Source of the DNA: Lytechinus pictus
Lineage: Eukaryota
Reading direction: 5' to 3'
NCBI RefSeq assembly: GCF_037042905.1
Contig: NC_087251.1
Coordinates: forward strand, 17,610,001-17,674,000
Length of the DNA stretch: 64,000 nucleotides
Shown here: in pieces, positions 12,880-24,905 of the stretch
How the letters are laid out: every line of letters begins with the position of its first letter
Numbering within the stretch: the first letter of the stretch is position 1
The notes under the pieces: generated by a model
The model's input: only the letters and a program-made list of their open reading frames with translations
Databases searched by the model: none
What the model was told of the DNA's origin: nothing
Translations under genes and position numbers: made by a program

Positions 12880-13656
12880 ACTGCCTGTGCAATCACATCG
12901 GCTTACATATTATCTTGGACACCCTACACCATTATTGCCGTTTGGGTCACTTTCAGACCAGTTACTCAGATTCCAGCAGCATTTCGTATCCTGCCCGCCT
13001 TCTGCGCCAAAACCTCGTCCGTTTACAATCCCATCATCTACTGTATCTTCAACAAGTCTTTCCGCCAGGAAGTCAATTCCTTTGTGTGTTGTTGTGCCTG
13101 CCAGTGTTATAAAATAAGCGTAAATCTTGATATGAACAGCCACGCCCAACGCCAATTCCGACGAATAGAGTCCAAAAGAGGCAGAAACATCACTTCTAGG
13201 CAGCGACCTTTGATGATCTACTCCAGCCCGTCCAGGTGGCATCGTGACTTATATGAATTATGGAGAAAAAGAATTATCCTCGTTTTGAATTGTAATTGTA
13301 AAAACAATGATTCCGTGGAGAATATCAACGTCACCTTCAGGAGGGACAATGACATGGGGGAACTGAATATCTCGACGGCGGAAGTGCACTGTCTAGAACT
13401 GAACACGGCCATGACGCGAGGCAAACCAACAGTACTGCCTGTCTTGGACGAAGTGCCATCAGAAACAGCGCATTGTTCCTCTCACCTACCAGGCTCACTT
13501 GATGGTTCTCTCATACAATACCACCCTCAACCATGCCAACCGAGTACATCGACCCCCGCCGATGAGTTCTTAAACCCATCAGGTTTAGTTTCTCGGAATA
13601 GATGTGTCATCATGGTGAGACCAACCATTGAAGAGGAATTGTCTTCAGATTTTTGA
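12880..13656 (+). CDS. OPN5: opsin (neuropsin/opsin8-like), last coding exon, TM6-TM7 and C-tail
   Basis: CAG acceptor after a CT tract. Encodes SWTPY, PAFCAKTSSVYNPIIY (retinal Lys at 13009-13011), NKSFR and a CCCAC cluster, ending in TGA at 13654-13656. The four exons total 1224 nt in one frame. The subfamily call comes from recalled similarity to sea-urchin neuropsin, not from a search. Confidence 0.9.
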   Translation, partial: TACAITSAYILSWTPYTIIAVWVTFRPVTQIPAAFRILPAFCAKTSSVYNPIIYCIFNKSFRQEVNSFVCCCACQCYKISVNLDMNSHAQRQFRRIESKRGRNITSRQRPLMIYSSPSRWHRDLYELWRKRIILVLNCNCKNNDSVENINVTFRRDNDMGELNISTAEVHCLELNTAMTRGKPTVLPVLDEVPSETAHCSSHLPGSLDGSLIQYHPQPCQPSTSTPADEFLNPSGLVSRNRCVIMVRPTIEEELSSDF

Positions 13657-13825
13657 AAATAGTACTAATGTCCAATGACATTTTTTTCTTATGAGGTGTA
13701 CGTCAATGCATAGACATATTGGGTGTTGCAAGAACGTTGAGTTGCAATTGCAAATCAAATGGCAAATTTGTAGCTGATCCCGATCGATTGCAAGTAGCAA
13801 TCAATCGCCAATTCGCGTTACTTAA

Positions 13826-15591
13826 GGCCCGGCACACTGGCCGGTGGGCACAAAGCGTATTCACAAAGGACCCAGCGGACGAGCAGAATTTCGGGGGTGG
13901 TTCCATTCGTTTTCTTCCGCTCCAGAAATGGACAAAATTCCAAAATTAGCGGGGGAAATGCGAAAAAAAAAACGAACGTGGTAATGATTTATGTAGCGCC
14001 CCCGGGGGGAGGGGCACTCGACCAAAAAAGTAGTAGGCCTGTGCCGCGGGCGAGACAAAAAACGGGGGCCTTGGAGCGGGCTTATTGTAAAAAGGAGGGT
14101 CCTCGGAACGGGCTTCGGAACTACAAATGTTTGTGAAAACGGGGGTCCTTGGAACGGGTCGCCTTCGCGTGCATGAGTGCGTATTCATCCCTATGGAACG
14201 GGCATACGTGCACCAGGCGGCACGGGCGCCGGGTGCGCGAGCGCAGAGGCGATGGTCGGACAGCGCTTTGCGGCCGCTTTTCACCAAAATTGCGGCTCAT
14301 CGTAGCAGATCAATGCGGCCGGAACGGCGTAACGAAAAATATGCGAAGCTTTGGAGCGGATTTCTTTCTTCTTTTTCCTCGATAAGAAGAAAATGCTTTG
14401 CTTTGGAGCGACTTTCTTTTTTCTTTGTCTCAATAAGACAAAAATGCTATGCCTTGGAACGGAAATTTGGGTGTAAAAATGGGGGTCCCCTCCGCGGCAC
14501 ATACCCACTATGCATTATATACTGAGTGCCCCCCCCCCCGGGGGGCACTTCCATTGACGAGTGGATACCATGCGCGACCATGGGGTCTCGAAAAGCACCC
14601 TAAATATATACGTATTTTCCATATTCTGAAAATGCACCCCTTCACAAGTATTGGCGTCTGAAATCCTACCCTTAACAAGTATTGGAAACAAAACGATACT
14701 CTTGGTAAGTATTCCCTGAAATGAACCTCTAAACAAGTACAGCGATATTTTATTGTTATGTCACGGGTCCGTCGGTCGTCGGTTCGACCTTTACACGTAC
14801 GGCCCCAGCTTCCACACCTCGCTCAAATCGGACTCTAAACACGTAGTGTTGAGGCAAAAAGGACATCCTTTATCAAACATTTTAATTTTGTTTTATCATC
14901 CCCGCAAATTTGACCCAAAACACGTAGCTTTCCTAGCAAAATAGATACCTTTTTTCATTATTTTTGTGTTTTTGACACCCTTATCACGTACGCAACGTGC
15001 CCTATCTTGAAAAAGACATCCTTTTTACGTGTTTTTTTTTGGTCGCGCATGGTATCCACTCGTCAATGTAAGTGCCCCCCCCCCCCCCGCGGGTGTAGCG
15101 CGGATATTAAATTGATGTTCATTGAAAACATATAGCGGAAAAACGGATGGAAGTGGATGACAGCTCCGAAGAGGCTACCGAGGGTTTTGAATACTACGAG
15201 GTGCGCTTACATCCTTTCTATTTCCGCGCTACTAACGATACGTTCCATGTACATTATCTTTCCTCCCTCTTTCCATTGTTCAGCTGCAGTGGATTTGAGA
15301 TGCGAGGAAGCCCAGAGGATGCAGAGAGGACACAGCTAACGTTAACGGATGATAACGAACATGGAACGTTTGTCGCTCGTATTATATGTTGCCGCTTTAC
15401 GTCGTAAACGGTGGAAAGTTCATCCGTTATAAAAGTTTTGTGCAGCTCAAAACTTTTTGCGCGAATGAAATCACAGTAGACAATGCTCGATGGATAGACC
15501 GTATAAATCACTATGCAATGAATACACAACGGATGCATAGCGGTTCCGTTTTACATCTTCTTTGTATCCGTAAGTGCAGTTGGACCGGGCC
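13826..15591. mobile_element. TTAA-flanked MITE hosting a composite MITE
   Basis: TTAA|GGCCCGGCACACTG ... CAGTTGGACCGGGCC|TTAA. Confidence 0.6.
14000..15093. mobile_element. composite of two CCCGGG-ended MITEs with one 8-bp TSD
   Basis: TSD TGTAGCGC at 13992-13999 and 15094-15101. Unit A (14000-~14542) has GGGGCACTC/GAGTGCCCC ends. Unit B (~14537-15093) has TIR CATTGACGAGTGGATACCATGCGCGACCA. Confidence 0.8.
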
Positions 15592-16845
15592 TTAAGCAGG
15601 CGTGCGATCAAAATGCAAATTGCAGCTGATTCGCAGACGATCTGCACTATTTTGCATGAACAAAACATGCTAGACTATAAGGCAATTTAATGGAGGATTT
15701 AACGTAACTTGCGTTCAAGTGCAAAATTTGCGATTAATCAGAATTAGACTTGAGCTTGATTTTGGGAATTGGCGCTCGATTTGCAATCAAACGCAGGTAC
15801 AAGCGTGCGTTTCATTTTTCAAGGTGATTAAATCTGTTCCCATGGTTGCTCTTCCTTACTTCAGCAGAAACCCTACATGGTACTTTGTACTAATTATCCT
15901 TAAAGTCCTCCACCAAGTAGTTTATTCACCTTAATTTGAGGTTTCTAGTCATCACCAGCTGAATGTATTTTATATGTTTTCTTTCCCATGCCAATATTTC
16001 CAAAGTTTAATATACAAGCAAAACTAATAGCTTCGTGAAGTAATGACATTAGCATAAGTAGGAGTATGCATATAATCTGTATTAAAAATATGAACAGTTA
16101 AGTGTCTGGTACAAGGAGAACATCCGGAAGGATGAGCCAATTAAGCTTGTGATCTGCGTATCATAATAAAACAAATAAACAATGCAGTAAAAGAAACCCA
16201 AATATATGAATTAAAATACACTACTCACACACAGACCCTCGCACACTCCACACACATTCTCTCTCTGTCCCTGCTGTGTTTATACTGAGGTATATATTTT
16301 GTTATGTAATAATGTATTATTTGCTTTGTCGTGAAAGTGTTTGTTTGCACCTTGTTAATTCTGAAACAGAAATAAAATCCAGTCTAATAATCTATTATTT
16401 CAGATTATTTTCTGTATTCATATTTAAATTTCTACAAACACATTTAGTAATAGTAAAGCACTGACTGCCACCAAGCTCTGATTTCGCCATTTTCTTTCTG
16501 TTCTTGTGGCTATACCAAAAACTCTGCGATTTTCCTATAATCTATTTTAAACCCCAATAACTTTTTAGTTTTCCCATGAAACTGGCGGCATCACAGGTTG
16601 CGATCAAAGGCTACAGTGCACCTGTGTATTCGTTCGTACTTCTTTAGAAATTTAAAGCTAAATGAATTGGAATATTAATGGATTTAAAATGCTTATCAAT
16701 CAAATCTTTGTACCTTAAATTATCACTTGATATAATTTCCAAATTACTACTCTTGGTAGGTTCCTGATCATTATCATGATTTAACCCAGCTTCCTCATTA
16801 CATGGTCGGAAATATTTTCAATACTTTCAAAGGCATCAGATCAGT

Positions 16846-17967
16846 CAGGGGTGGCGGCACGTATTTTTGTTTGGGGGGACGGGCAAAGCCAAAAAGGGCA
16901 CTTATATGCCAAAAAGGGCATTTTGGTACAAACGGACATTTTCACCATGAAATTATCATCCGTGCGAAGAAGTTGTGTGTTTTGTAGTAATTAACTTGAG
17001 CAAATTTTTTTAAAAGTGATTTCTGAATTATAAGATATATATTAAGGTTTTATTTTTTAGCGAGTGAGCGGTTTGGAAAAATTGTAAAATCTTAAGTTTT
17101 AAAACTTGCTTTTGAATCAATTATGGACCTAATTACTATTAAAAGGGCGTTCTTGTGAGATATCGCGAGTCACGAGCTCAAACTTTTGGAAATTTCATGT
17201 AATAAGACATGAAAAGTAAACATTCCTAGTTTTTGTAATCATGAAAAAGGATGTAAATCTAACTAAAGAATTAACGCGAGCTGAATTTTTTTTTAATATA
17301 CTGACCAGAAAAGGAATCTTTTAAAGACTGCATTTAGCGACTAATAATATACGGGCTAAATATCTCACCAATCGAATAATGCGAACGCGAAGCGCGAGCA
17401 AAAAAAATTGTGATATTGTAACCAGATCCAGAACACTTACACTGGACATTCTAGGCATTTTATTTAACCAGGAATAACATTACTACCTTAATAAACAATA
17501 ATTGGTGCGAGCGCGAAACATAAGCCAAAAATGTAACATTCTAAGTATATTTGTATGGACAGGATGAGTATCTTACTGAACAATTATTGATGCGAAACGC
17601 GAGCCAGAAAATTGTGATTTTCTCACCTGAAAAGTGTATTTTCTAAGCACTGTTTGTAACCAGGAACAGAATGAGTACCTTAATAAACAATAATTGATGC
17701 GAGCGCAAAACGTGAGCCAAAAATGTGTGATATTCCAACCTGAAAACTCGACATTCTATGCATTTTGTAACCAAAAACAAGAAAAATACCTTATACTAAA
17801 CAATAATTGATGCGAGAGCCAATTTTTTTTAATTTTCTATCCTAAAATGTATTATATTTTACTTCAAAAAGGGTATTTCATTTTGAAAAAGGGCACATTT
17901 CCTACGGAGAATTTCGGGGGGGGGGGCACTTTCCCCCTGCCCCCCCCCCCCCGTTCCCCCGCCCCTG
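16846..17967. mobile_element. hAT-like MITE with internal GCGAAGCGCGAGC tandem units
   Basis: CAGGGGTGGCGGCACG ... CGTTCCCCCGCCCCTG. Degenerate 8-bp TSD AGATCAGT/ATATCACT. Confidence 0.6.
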
Positions 17968-18319
17968 ATATCACTAGTGTTGAGGCAAGATCTGACAATA
18001 GAAAGTTATAAATCAATTAAGTTTTATGGGAAAGAAAACTCGGTCCGGAGAAAACTATATCTTTATCGACAATTTTTCCCCCAACGTAGTTTAAATCAAT
18101 CGCTAATGGATTTTCCCCAGATGAGGATCAGTGCAAATCACTTTCCGGAAATATTTTGAACAGACAAGTGATTCAGATAATGATGATAATATCGGAAGTT
18201 ATATACAAGTTCTAGAGAAGTTAATGGGGAAATCAAGGATCCGGTGACGCAGTAATAGATCTTGCTATTCTTATTATCAGAGCATTCGCATGTGAATTGA
18301 GTGTTACTAAAAATAGGAT

Positions 18320-18903
18320 CCCGGGGGGGCCACTTACATTAACGAGTGGATACCATGCGCGACCAAAAAATACGTAAAAAGGATGTCTTTTTCAAGATAG
18401 GGCACGTTACGTACGTAACGTGATAAGGATGTCAAAAACACTAAAATAATGAAAAAAGGGTATCTATTTTCGCTAGGAAAGCTACGTGTTTAGGGTCAAA
18501 TTTGCGAGGGTGTAAAAAATTAAGACTAAAATGTTTTATAAAGGATGTACTTTTGCCCCAAGAGTCAACACTACGTGTTTTAGAGCACGATTTGGGCGAG
18601 ATATGGGAGGTGCATGCATGGGGCTGTACTAAACCCAATGATGTGGGTGAAGGTAGGCCGACGACCGACGTCCGTGACATAATGAAAATATCGCTGTACT
18701 TGTTTAGTTGATTATAAACTGCCCTTGTTTAGGGGGTCAATTCAGGGAATTTTGTTTCCAATACTTGTTAAGGGTATGGTTTCACACGCTAATACTTGTT
18801 AAGGGGTGCATTTTCAGAAAATGGAAAATACGTGTTTAGGGTGCTTTTCGATACCCCATGGTCGCGCATGGTATCCACTCGTCAATGGAAGTGGCCCCCC
18901 GGG
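18320..18903 (-). mobile_element. MITE, inverted second copy of unit B (14537-15093)
   Basis: CCCGGGGGGGCCACTTACATTAACGAGTGGATACCATGCGCGACCA TIR. Perfect 8-bp TSD AATAGGAT (18312-18319, 18904-18911). Confidence 0.85.
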
Positions 18904-19039
18904 AATAGGATACTCAATGTAATTTTTTTTAGACAAGGAATTGTACCTTCACATTTGAAATCCGGTTAGGTATATAAATACACCCAGTGCACTATATACA
19001 TCAATAATTTACGTCTGACAGTTAAACTTCACATTTTGC

Positions 19040-20000
19040 TCCCTCATCTCGCTGAATTTTTTATGGCTCCGGCAAACCATGGCTATTGAAAGACATTGAG
19101 AAACAAATTGATTTATATCATTTCGGTAACAGACCAGGATTGTCAACATCACGATCTCTTTGGTCTACAAGAACATCATCTCTATGACAATGCAGAATAT
19201 AACCAGGGATCATGAATTGGATTGTAATTTTGTTTGATATCAAACGATGTACTTTATTATAATGAAACTCTATCTGACATCAAAGTTAGTCATGCCTCCG
19301 GTGTACCCCAAGGGACACGGCTTAGCCCAATATTCGCACTGCACAGCATGGACCTATAGGTCCATGGTTACAGTCAGTAATGAATAATTAGTGCAATACT
19401 GGTCGTAATCAATTATGTCACTCAATCATTCAACGCGTTTTACCTTACAATTCTATCCCTTCTTTATCGGGGTTCTTGCCATTAATGACGCGCCTTTCGT
19501 GCAAAGAGTATCAAACTTCTTGGAGTTGTTATTCAATCTGATTTAACATGGAATTTACATGTCGATGGTTTTATGGTGCAATAAAAAAGTGTATATGTTA
19601 ATGAGACTGAACATTTTCAATTTACCTAATTTGGTTTTGGTTCCAATGTGGGTTATATATGACTTATTTCAGAATGTTGTGCTCCAGTGTCCACCGCAGT
19701 CTGACATTAAAGCAGCATTATTGAAACTGAGAACATGAAAGAGTATCACAAATGCATGTCAGGTATGTAATTTACCAACACTTGAGGAGAGAAGACGCAC
19801 TGGCACTGTGTAAAAAAATAAATGGCAAAGTTACTTTCAAATCATCCTGTGTAAGACACGGCTACCTAAAAAATAAAACCACCAAAAACATGCCAACATA
19901 TCTCTTCATCTTTAAAACACTCTATTGAACAATTTCAAACAAGAACAACAGGATTTAGAAATAGTGCATTGTCTTTTTTAGTTGACATACTAAAAAAAGT
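19040..20000 (+). mobile_element. decayed CR1/L2-type LINE reverse-transcriptase fragment
   Basis: Broken frames give SGVPQGTRLSPIF (19297), IKLLGVVIQSDLTWNLHVD (19510) and LPTLEERR (~19773). The probable 3' UTR resumes after 24381 and ends in TTGAATTGAATTG (~24600). Confidence 0.8.
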
Positions 20001-20095
20001 TGAGTGTGTCGACTAAGACAATAGTCACTCTCCCCCTCACCATAAAAAATTATGCACAAAGTGCCAGCCTCCTCTTCTTCAAGTAGGCTGTTTTA

Positions 20096-23000
20096 TATGA
20101 GGCGCCGAATGTACCAATATTATATAGAACAATTATTTGTTATATAATCATTATTTATTAAATAATAACTATTATTTATATATAATTTACATTTTATTTG
20201 TAAATAACTACTATTATATAAAATATCATTTCTAATTATTTATATATAATTCCAAGTAATACTTCATTATTTGTAAATAATAATAGTTCGACATTCCATT
20301 ATTTATAAATAATGATTATTTGTTTTTCATTATTTATAAATAATGATTATTTGTTTTTCATTATTTATAAATAATGATTATTTGTTTTTCATTATTTACA
20401 AATAATGATTATTTGTTTTTCATTATTTATAAATAATGATTATTTGTTTTTCATTATTTATAAATAATGATTATTTGTTTTTCATTATTTACAAATAATG
20501 ATAATTTTTTTTTTCATTATTTATAAATAATGATTATTTGTTTTTCATTATTTATAAATAATTTGTTGAGTTTTCCATTATTTATAAATAATGATTATTT
20601 GTTAAATAATGAAAACGTCTACTTCATTATTTATAAATAATTTTTTCGAGTGCACCATTATTCTCATTATTTATAAATAATCATTATTTAATGTTCGAGT
20701 TTTCCATTATTTATAAATAAAGATTATTTGTTAAATAATGAAATATCTACTTCATTATTTATAAATAATAATTTTGTTTCAATATCCCATTATTTATAAA
20801 TAATCATTATTTATAAACAATTTTAACAGTTTGCAATTATATACAAATAATAATTATTTATATACAAATAACCATTATTTATTAAATAATGCCATTATTT
20901 ATTAAATAATGCCATTATTTATTAAATAATGAAAAACTCGCTATAACATGCAAATGTGGGACCGCCCATGATATGAATATTCATGATGCGATTTCCTTTT
21001 TCGTGATTTTTCTTCAAAATTTTTTGTCCATTTCCTCTTCATAATGACATTTCTTGAAGCAATTTTCTAGGGATATGGTCTGATTGTAATATTCTTCATT
21101 TTCTATATAACTTCGTCTTCGTAGAAATATCAAAAAGTGTAATTTTATACGATTTTTCCTACAGTTCACAATCCCCATAGGCGCGCGTGTATCGTAGGGA
21201 CAACCGGTGAATCGACGGAGTGCTCTTCATCGAAATACTACGTTGGTTGGTCCCCGGAAGTGGCGGGCGGAATTTAGCCCGAATCCTCGATGGAAGTCGA
21301 TCAAGTGCATATGAGCTGAGAGAGTGAAATATCAGTGTACTTGTACAGGCTCTTCTACTTTTTATAAATATTTCTTGTTGCTTTTTTTGTTAAGTTAATT
21401 TTTCCTGGTGTAGAGATAGTTTCAGTTCTAATAATGCACTTCAAATACATTTTGGAGTGTCTGTTTGAGGCGTTTGGGGCGATTTCACCCTGGCCCCAAA
21501 ATGCTCGCAACGACAATACGGGGGCATGATGACCCCTAAATTTTTAAAAACTTATTTTTCTATTGAAAATTATCACAAAATTCACCAAAAGTGTGCACGA
21601 AAGCCTTTGTATTTCACTTTTAAAACTGCAAAAAGTGCCCAAATGACAAGCTTGGTCGCTTCGCTGTGTCGCTTTCAACTTGAGAACGTTTACGCGTCTG
21701 CTTCCCCCCCCCCCCCTCTCCTCCGAAAGAAATTCTGTATACGGCCATGCTCTAAAGAGCCTGGCACATTGATTTATGTATACTTTCATTTTCATTATTT
21801 TTATCTCATTATCAACATGGCCTTACGCAGAATTTTTTCCAGGGGGGCCGGGGCCGGAGCATGACGCGCGTAAACTTTCTCAAAAAAATCTTGAAAGCGA
21901 GACAGCCACGGGACCAAGCCCAAATGACAAGCTTGGTCGCTTCGCTGTCTCGCTTTCAACTTGAGAAAGTTTACGCGTCTGCTCCCCCCCCCCCCCCTCC
22001 TCCGAAAGAAATTCTGTATACGGCCATGCTCTAAAGAGCCTGGCACATTGATTTATGTATACTTCATTTTCATTATTTTTATCTCATTATCATCATGGCC
22101 TTACGCAGAATTTTTTCCGGGGGGGGGGGGGTGGGGGAGCAGGACGCGCGTAAACTTTCTCATAAAAATCTTTCTCAAAAAAGCGACCAAGCTTGTCATT
22201 TGAGCTTGGTCGCGTCGCTGTCTCGCTTTCAAGATTTTTTTGAGAAACTTTACGCGCGTCCTAGCTGCTACCCCCCCCCCCCCCCCCCGGTAAAAATTCT
22301 GTGTAAGGCCATGATGATAATGTGATAAAAATAATGAAAATGAAAAGTACATATAAATCAATGTGCCATATGCTCTTTTGAGCATGGCCGTTCACAGAAT
22401 TTCTTTCGGGGGGTGGGGGCAGACGCGCGTAAACGTTCTCAAGTTGAAAGCGAGACAGCGAAGCGACCAAGCTTGTCATTTGGGCTTGGTCCCGTGGCTG
22501 TCTCGCTTTCAAGATTTTTTTGAGAAAGTTTACGCGAGTCATGCTCCGGCCCCGGCCCCCCTGGAAGAAATTCTGCGTAAGGCCATGTTGATAATGAGAT
22601 AAAAGTAATGAAAATTAAAGTATACATAAATCAATGTGCCATGCTCTTTAGAGCATGGCCGTATACAGAATTTCTTTCGGAGGGGGGGGGGGGGCCGGAA
22701 GCAGACGCGTAAACGTTCTCAAGTTGAAAGCGACACAGCGAAGCGACCAAGCAATTGTCATTTGGGCACTTTTTGCAGTTTTAAAAGTGAAATACAAAGG
22801 CTTTCGTGCACACTTTTGGTGAATTTTGTGATAATTTTCAATAGAAAAATAAGTTTTTAAAAATTTAGGGGTCATCATGCATGCCCCCGTATTGTCGTTG
22901 CGAGCATTTTGGGGCCAGGGTGAAATCGCCCCAAACGCCTCAAACAGACACTCCAAAATGTATTTGAAGTGCATTATTACTATTATTAGAACTGAAACTT

Positions 23001-24381
23001 ATCTCTACACCAGGAAAAATTAACTTAACAAAAAAAGCAACAAGAAATATTTATAAAAAGTAGAAGGGCCTGTACAAGTACACTGATATTTCACTCTCTC
23101 AGCTCATATGCACTTGATCGACTTCCATCGAGGATTCGGGCTAAATTCCGCCCGCCACTTCCGGGGACCAACCAACGTAGTATTTCGATGAAGAGCACTC
23201 CGTCGATTCACCGGTTGTCCCTACGATACACGCGCGCCTATGGGGATTGTGAACTGTAGGAAAAATCGTATAAAATTACACTTTTTGATATTTCTACGAA
23301 GACGAAGTTATATAGAAAATGAAGAATATTACAATCAGACCATATCCCTAGAAAATTGCTTCAAGAAATGTCATTATGAAGAGGAAATGGACAAAAAAAT
23401 TTGAAGAAAAATCACGAAAAAGGAAATCGCATCATGAATATTCATATCATGGGCGGTCCCACATTTGCATGTTATAGCGAGTTTTCCATTATTTAATAAA
23501 TAATGGCATTATTTAATAAATAATGGCATTATTTAATAAATAATGGTTATTTGTATATAAATAATTATTATTTGTATATAATGGCAAACTGTAAAAATTG
23601 TTTATAAATAATGATTATTTACAAATAATGGGATATTGAAACAAAATTATTATTTATAAATAATGAAGTAGATATTTCATTATTTAACAAATAATCTTTA
23701 TTTATAAATAATGGAAAACTCGAACATTAAATAATGATTATTTATAAATAATGAGAATAATGGTGCACTCGAAAAAATTATTTATAAATAATGAAGTAGA
23801 CGTTTTCATTATTTAACAAATAATCATTATTTATAAATAATGAAAAACAAATAATCATTATTTATAAATAATGAAAAACAAATAATCATCATTTATAAAT
23901 AATGAAAAACAAATAATCATTATTTATAAATAATGAAAAACAAATAATCATTATTTATAAATAATGAAAAAAAAATTATCATTATTTATAAATAATGAAA
24001 AACAAATAATCATTATTTGTAAATAATGAAAAACAAATAATCATTATTTATAAATAATAAAAAACAAATAATCATTATTTATGAATAATGAAAAACAAAT
24101 AATTATTTGTAAATAATGAAAAACAAATAATCATTATTTATAAATAATGAAAAACAAATAATCATTATTTATAAATAATGGAATGTCGAACTATTATTAT
24201 TTACAAATAATGAAGTATTACTTGGAATTATATATAAATAATTAGAAATGATATTTTATATAATAGTAGTTATTTACAAATAAAATGTAAATTATATATA
24301 AATAATAGTTATTATTTAATAAATAATGATTATATAACAAATAATTGTTCTATATAATATTGGTACATTCGGCGCCTCATA
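20096..24381. mobile_element. 4.3-kb foldback (palindromic) non-autonomous transposon, IS3EU-like
   Basis: GTTTTA|TATGAGGCGCCGAATGTACCAATA ... TATTGGTACATTCGGCGCCTCATA|GTTTTA. The ~2.1-kb arms are near-identical reverse complements with the centre at ~22200. Confidence 0.88.
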
Positions 24382-24611
24382 GTTTTAAAATGTATTGTAT
24401 CATGTTATATCCATTCACTATCTTTTATATTTTTTCACGTAAATTTTGCATTAGTTCTTTAAATGTATAATTTTTGTAATGTATTTTACTATGTCATTTA
24501 TTGTGCCTATATAAACTTATAAACATGAAAGTTCCAGCTGTTTAGGTTTTTTTTTTAATGTGCGACAGTTAAAAACATGTTTGACTATCAATGCCATTTT
24601 GAATTGAATTG

Positions 24612-24905
24612 GAAGGAGAGAGAGGGAGAGGGGAGAGAGAGAGAGAGAGGGAGAGAGAAAGGAAGAGAGGTACAAGTTAGAGATGGTGTGAAAGAGAGGA
24701 TGTGAGAGAGATGGGGCGAGGGAGGGGGCGAGGGTGTGTGAAAGAGCGGGTGAGAGAGATGGGGCGAGAGAGGGGGGCGAGGGTGTGTGAAAGAGGGGGT
24801 GAGAGAGGGTGTGTTAGAGAGGGGGTGAGAGAGATGGAGGGAGAGAGGGGGGCGAGGGTGTGTGAAAGAGGGGGTGAGAGAGGGTGTGTTAGAGAGGGGG
24901 TGACA
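24612..24905. repeat. GA-rich minisatellite, left part
   Basis: Units GAGAGGGGGTGAGAGAGATGGGGCGA/GGGTGTGT, the same type as 34111-36227. Confidence 0.9.

Noticed and set aside
21526..22974. mirrored ORFs in the foldback centre as a transposase
   Set aside because: Short, low-complexity, duplicated only because of the palindrome, with no DDE motifs.
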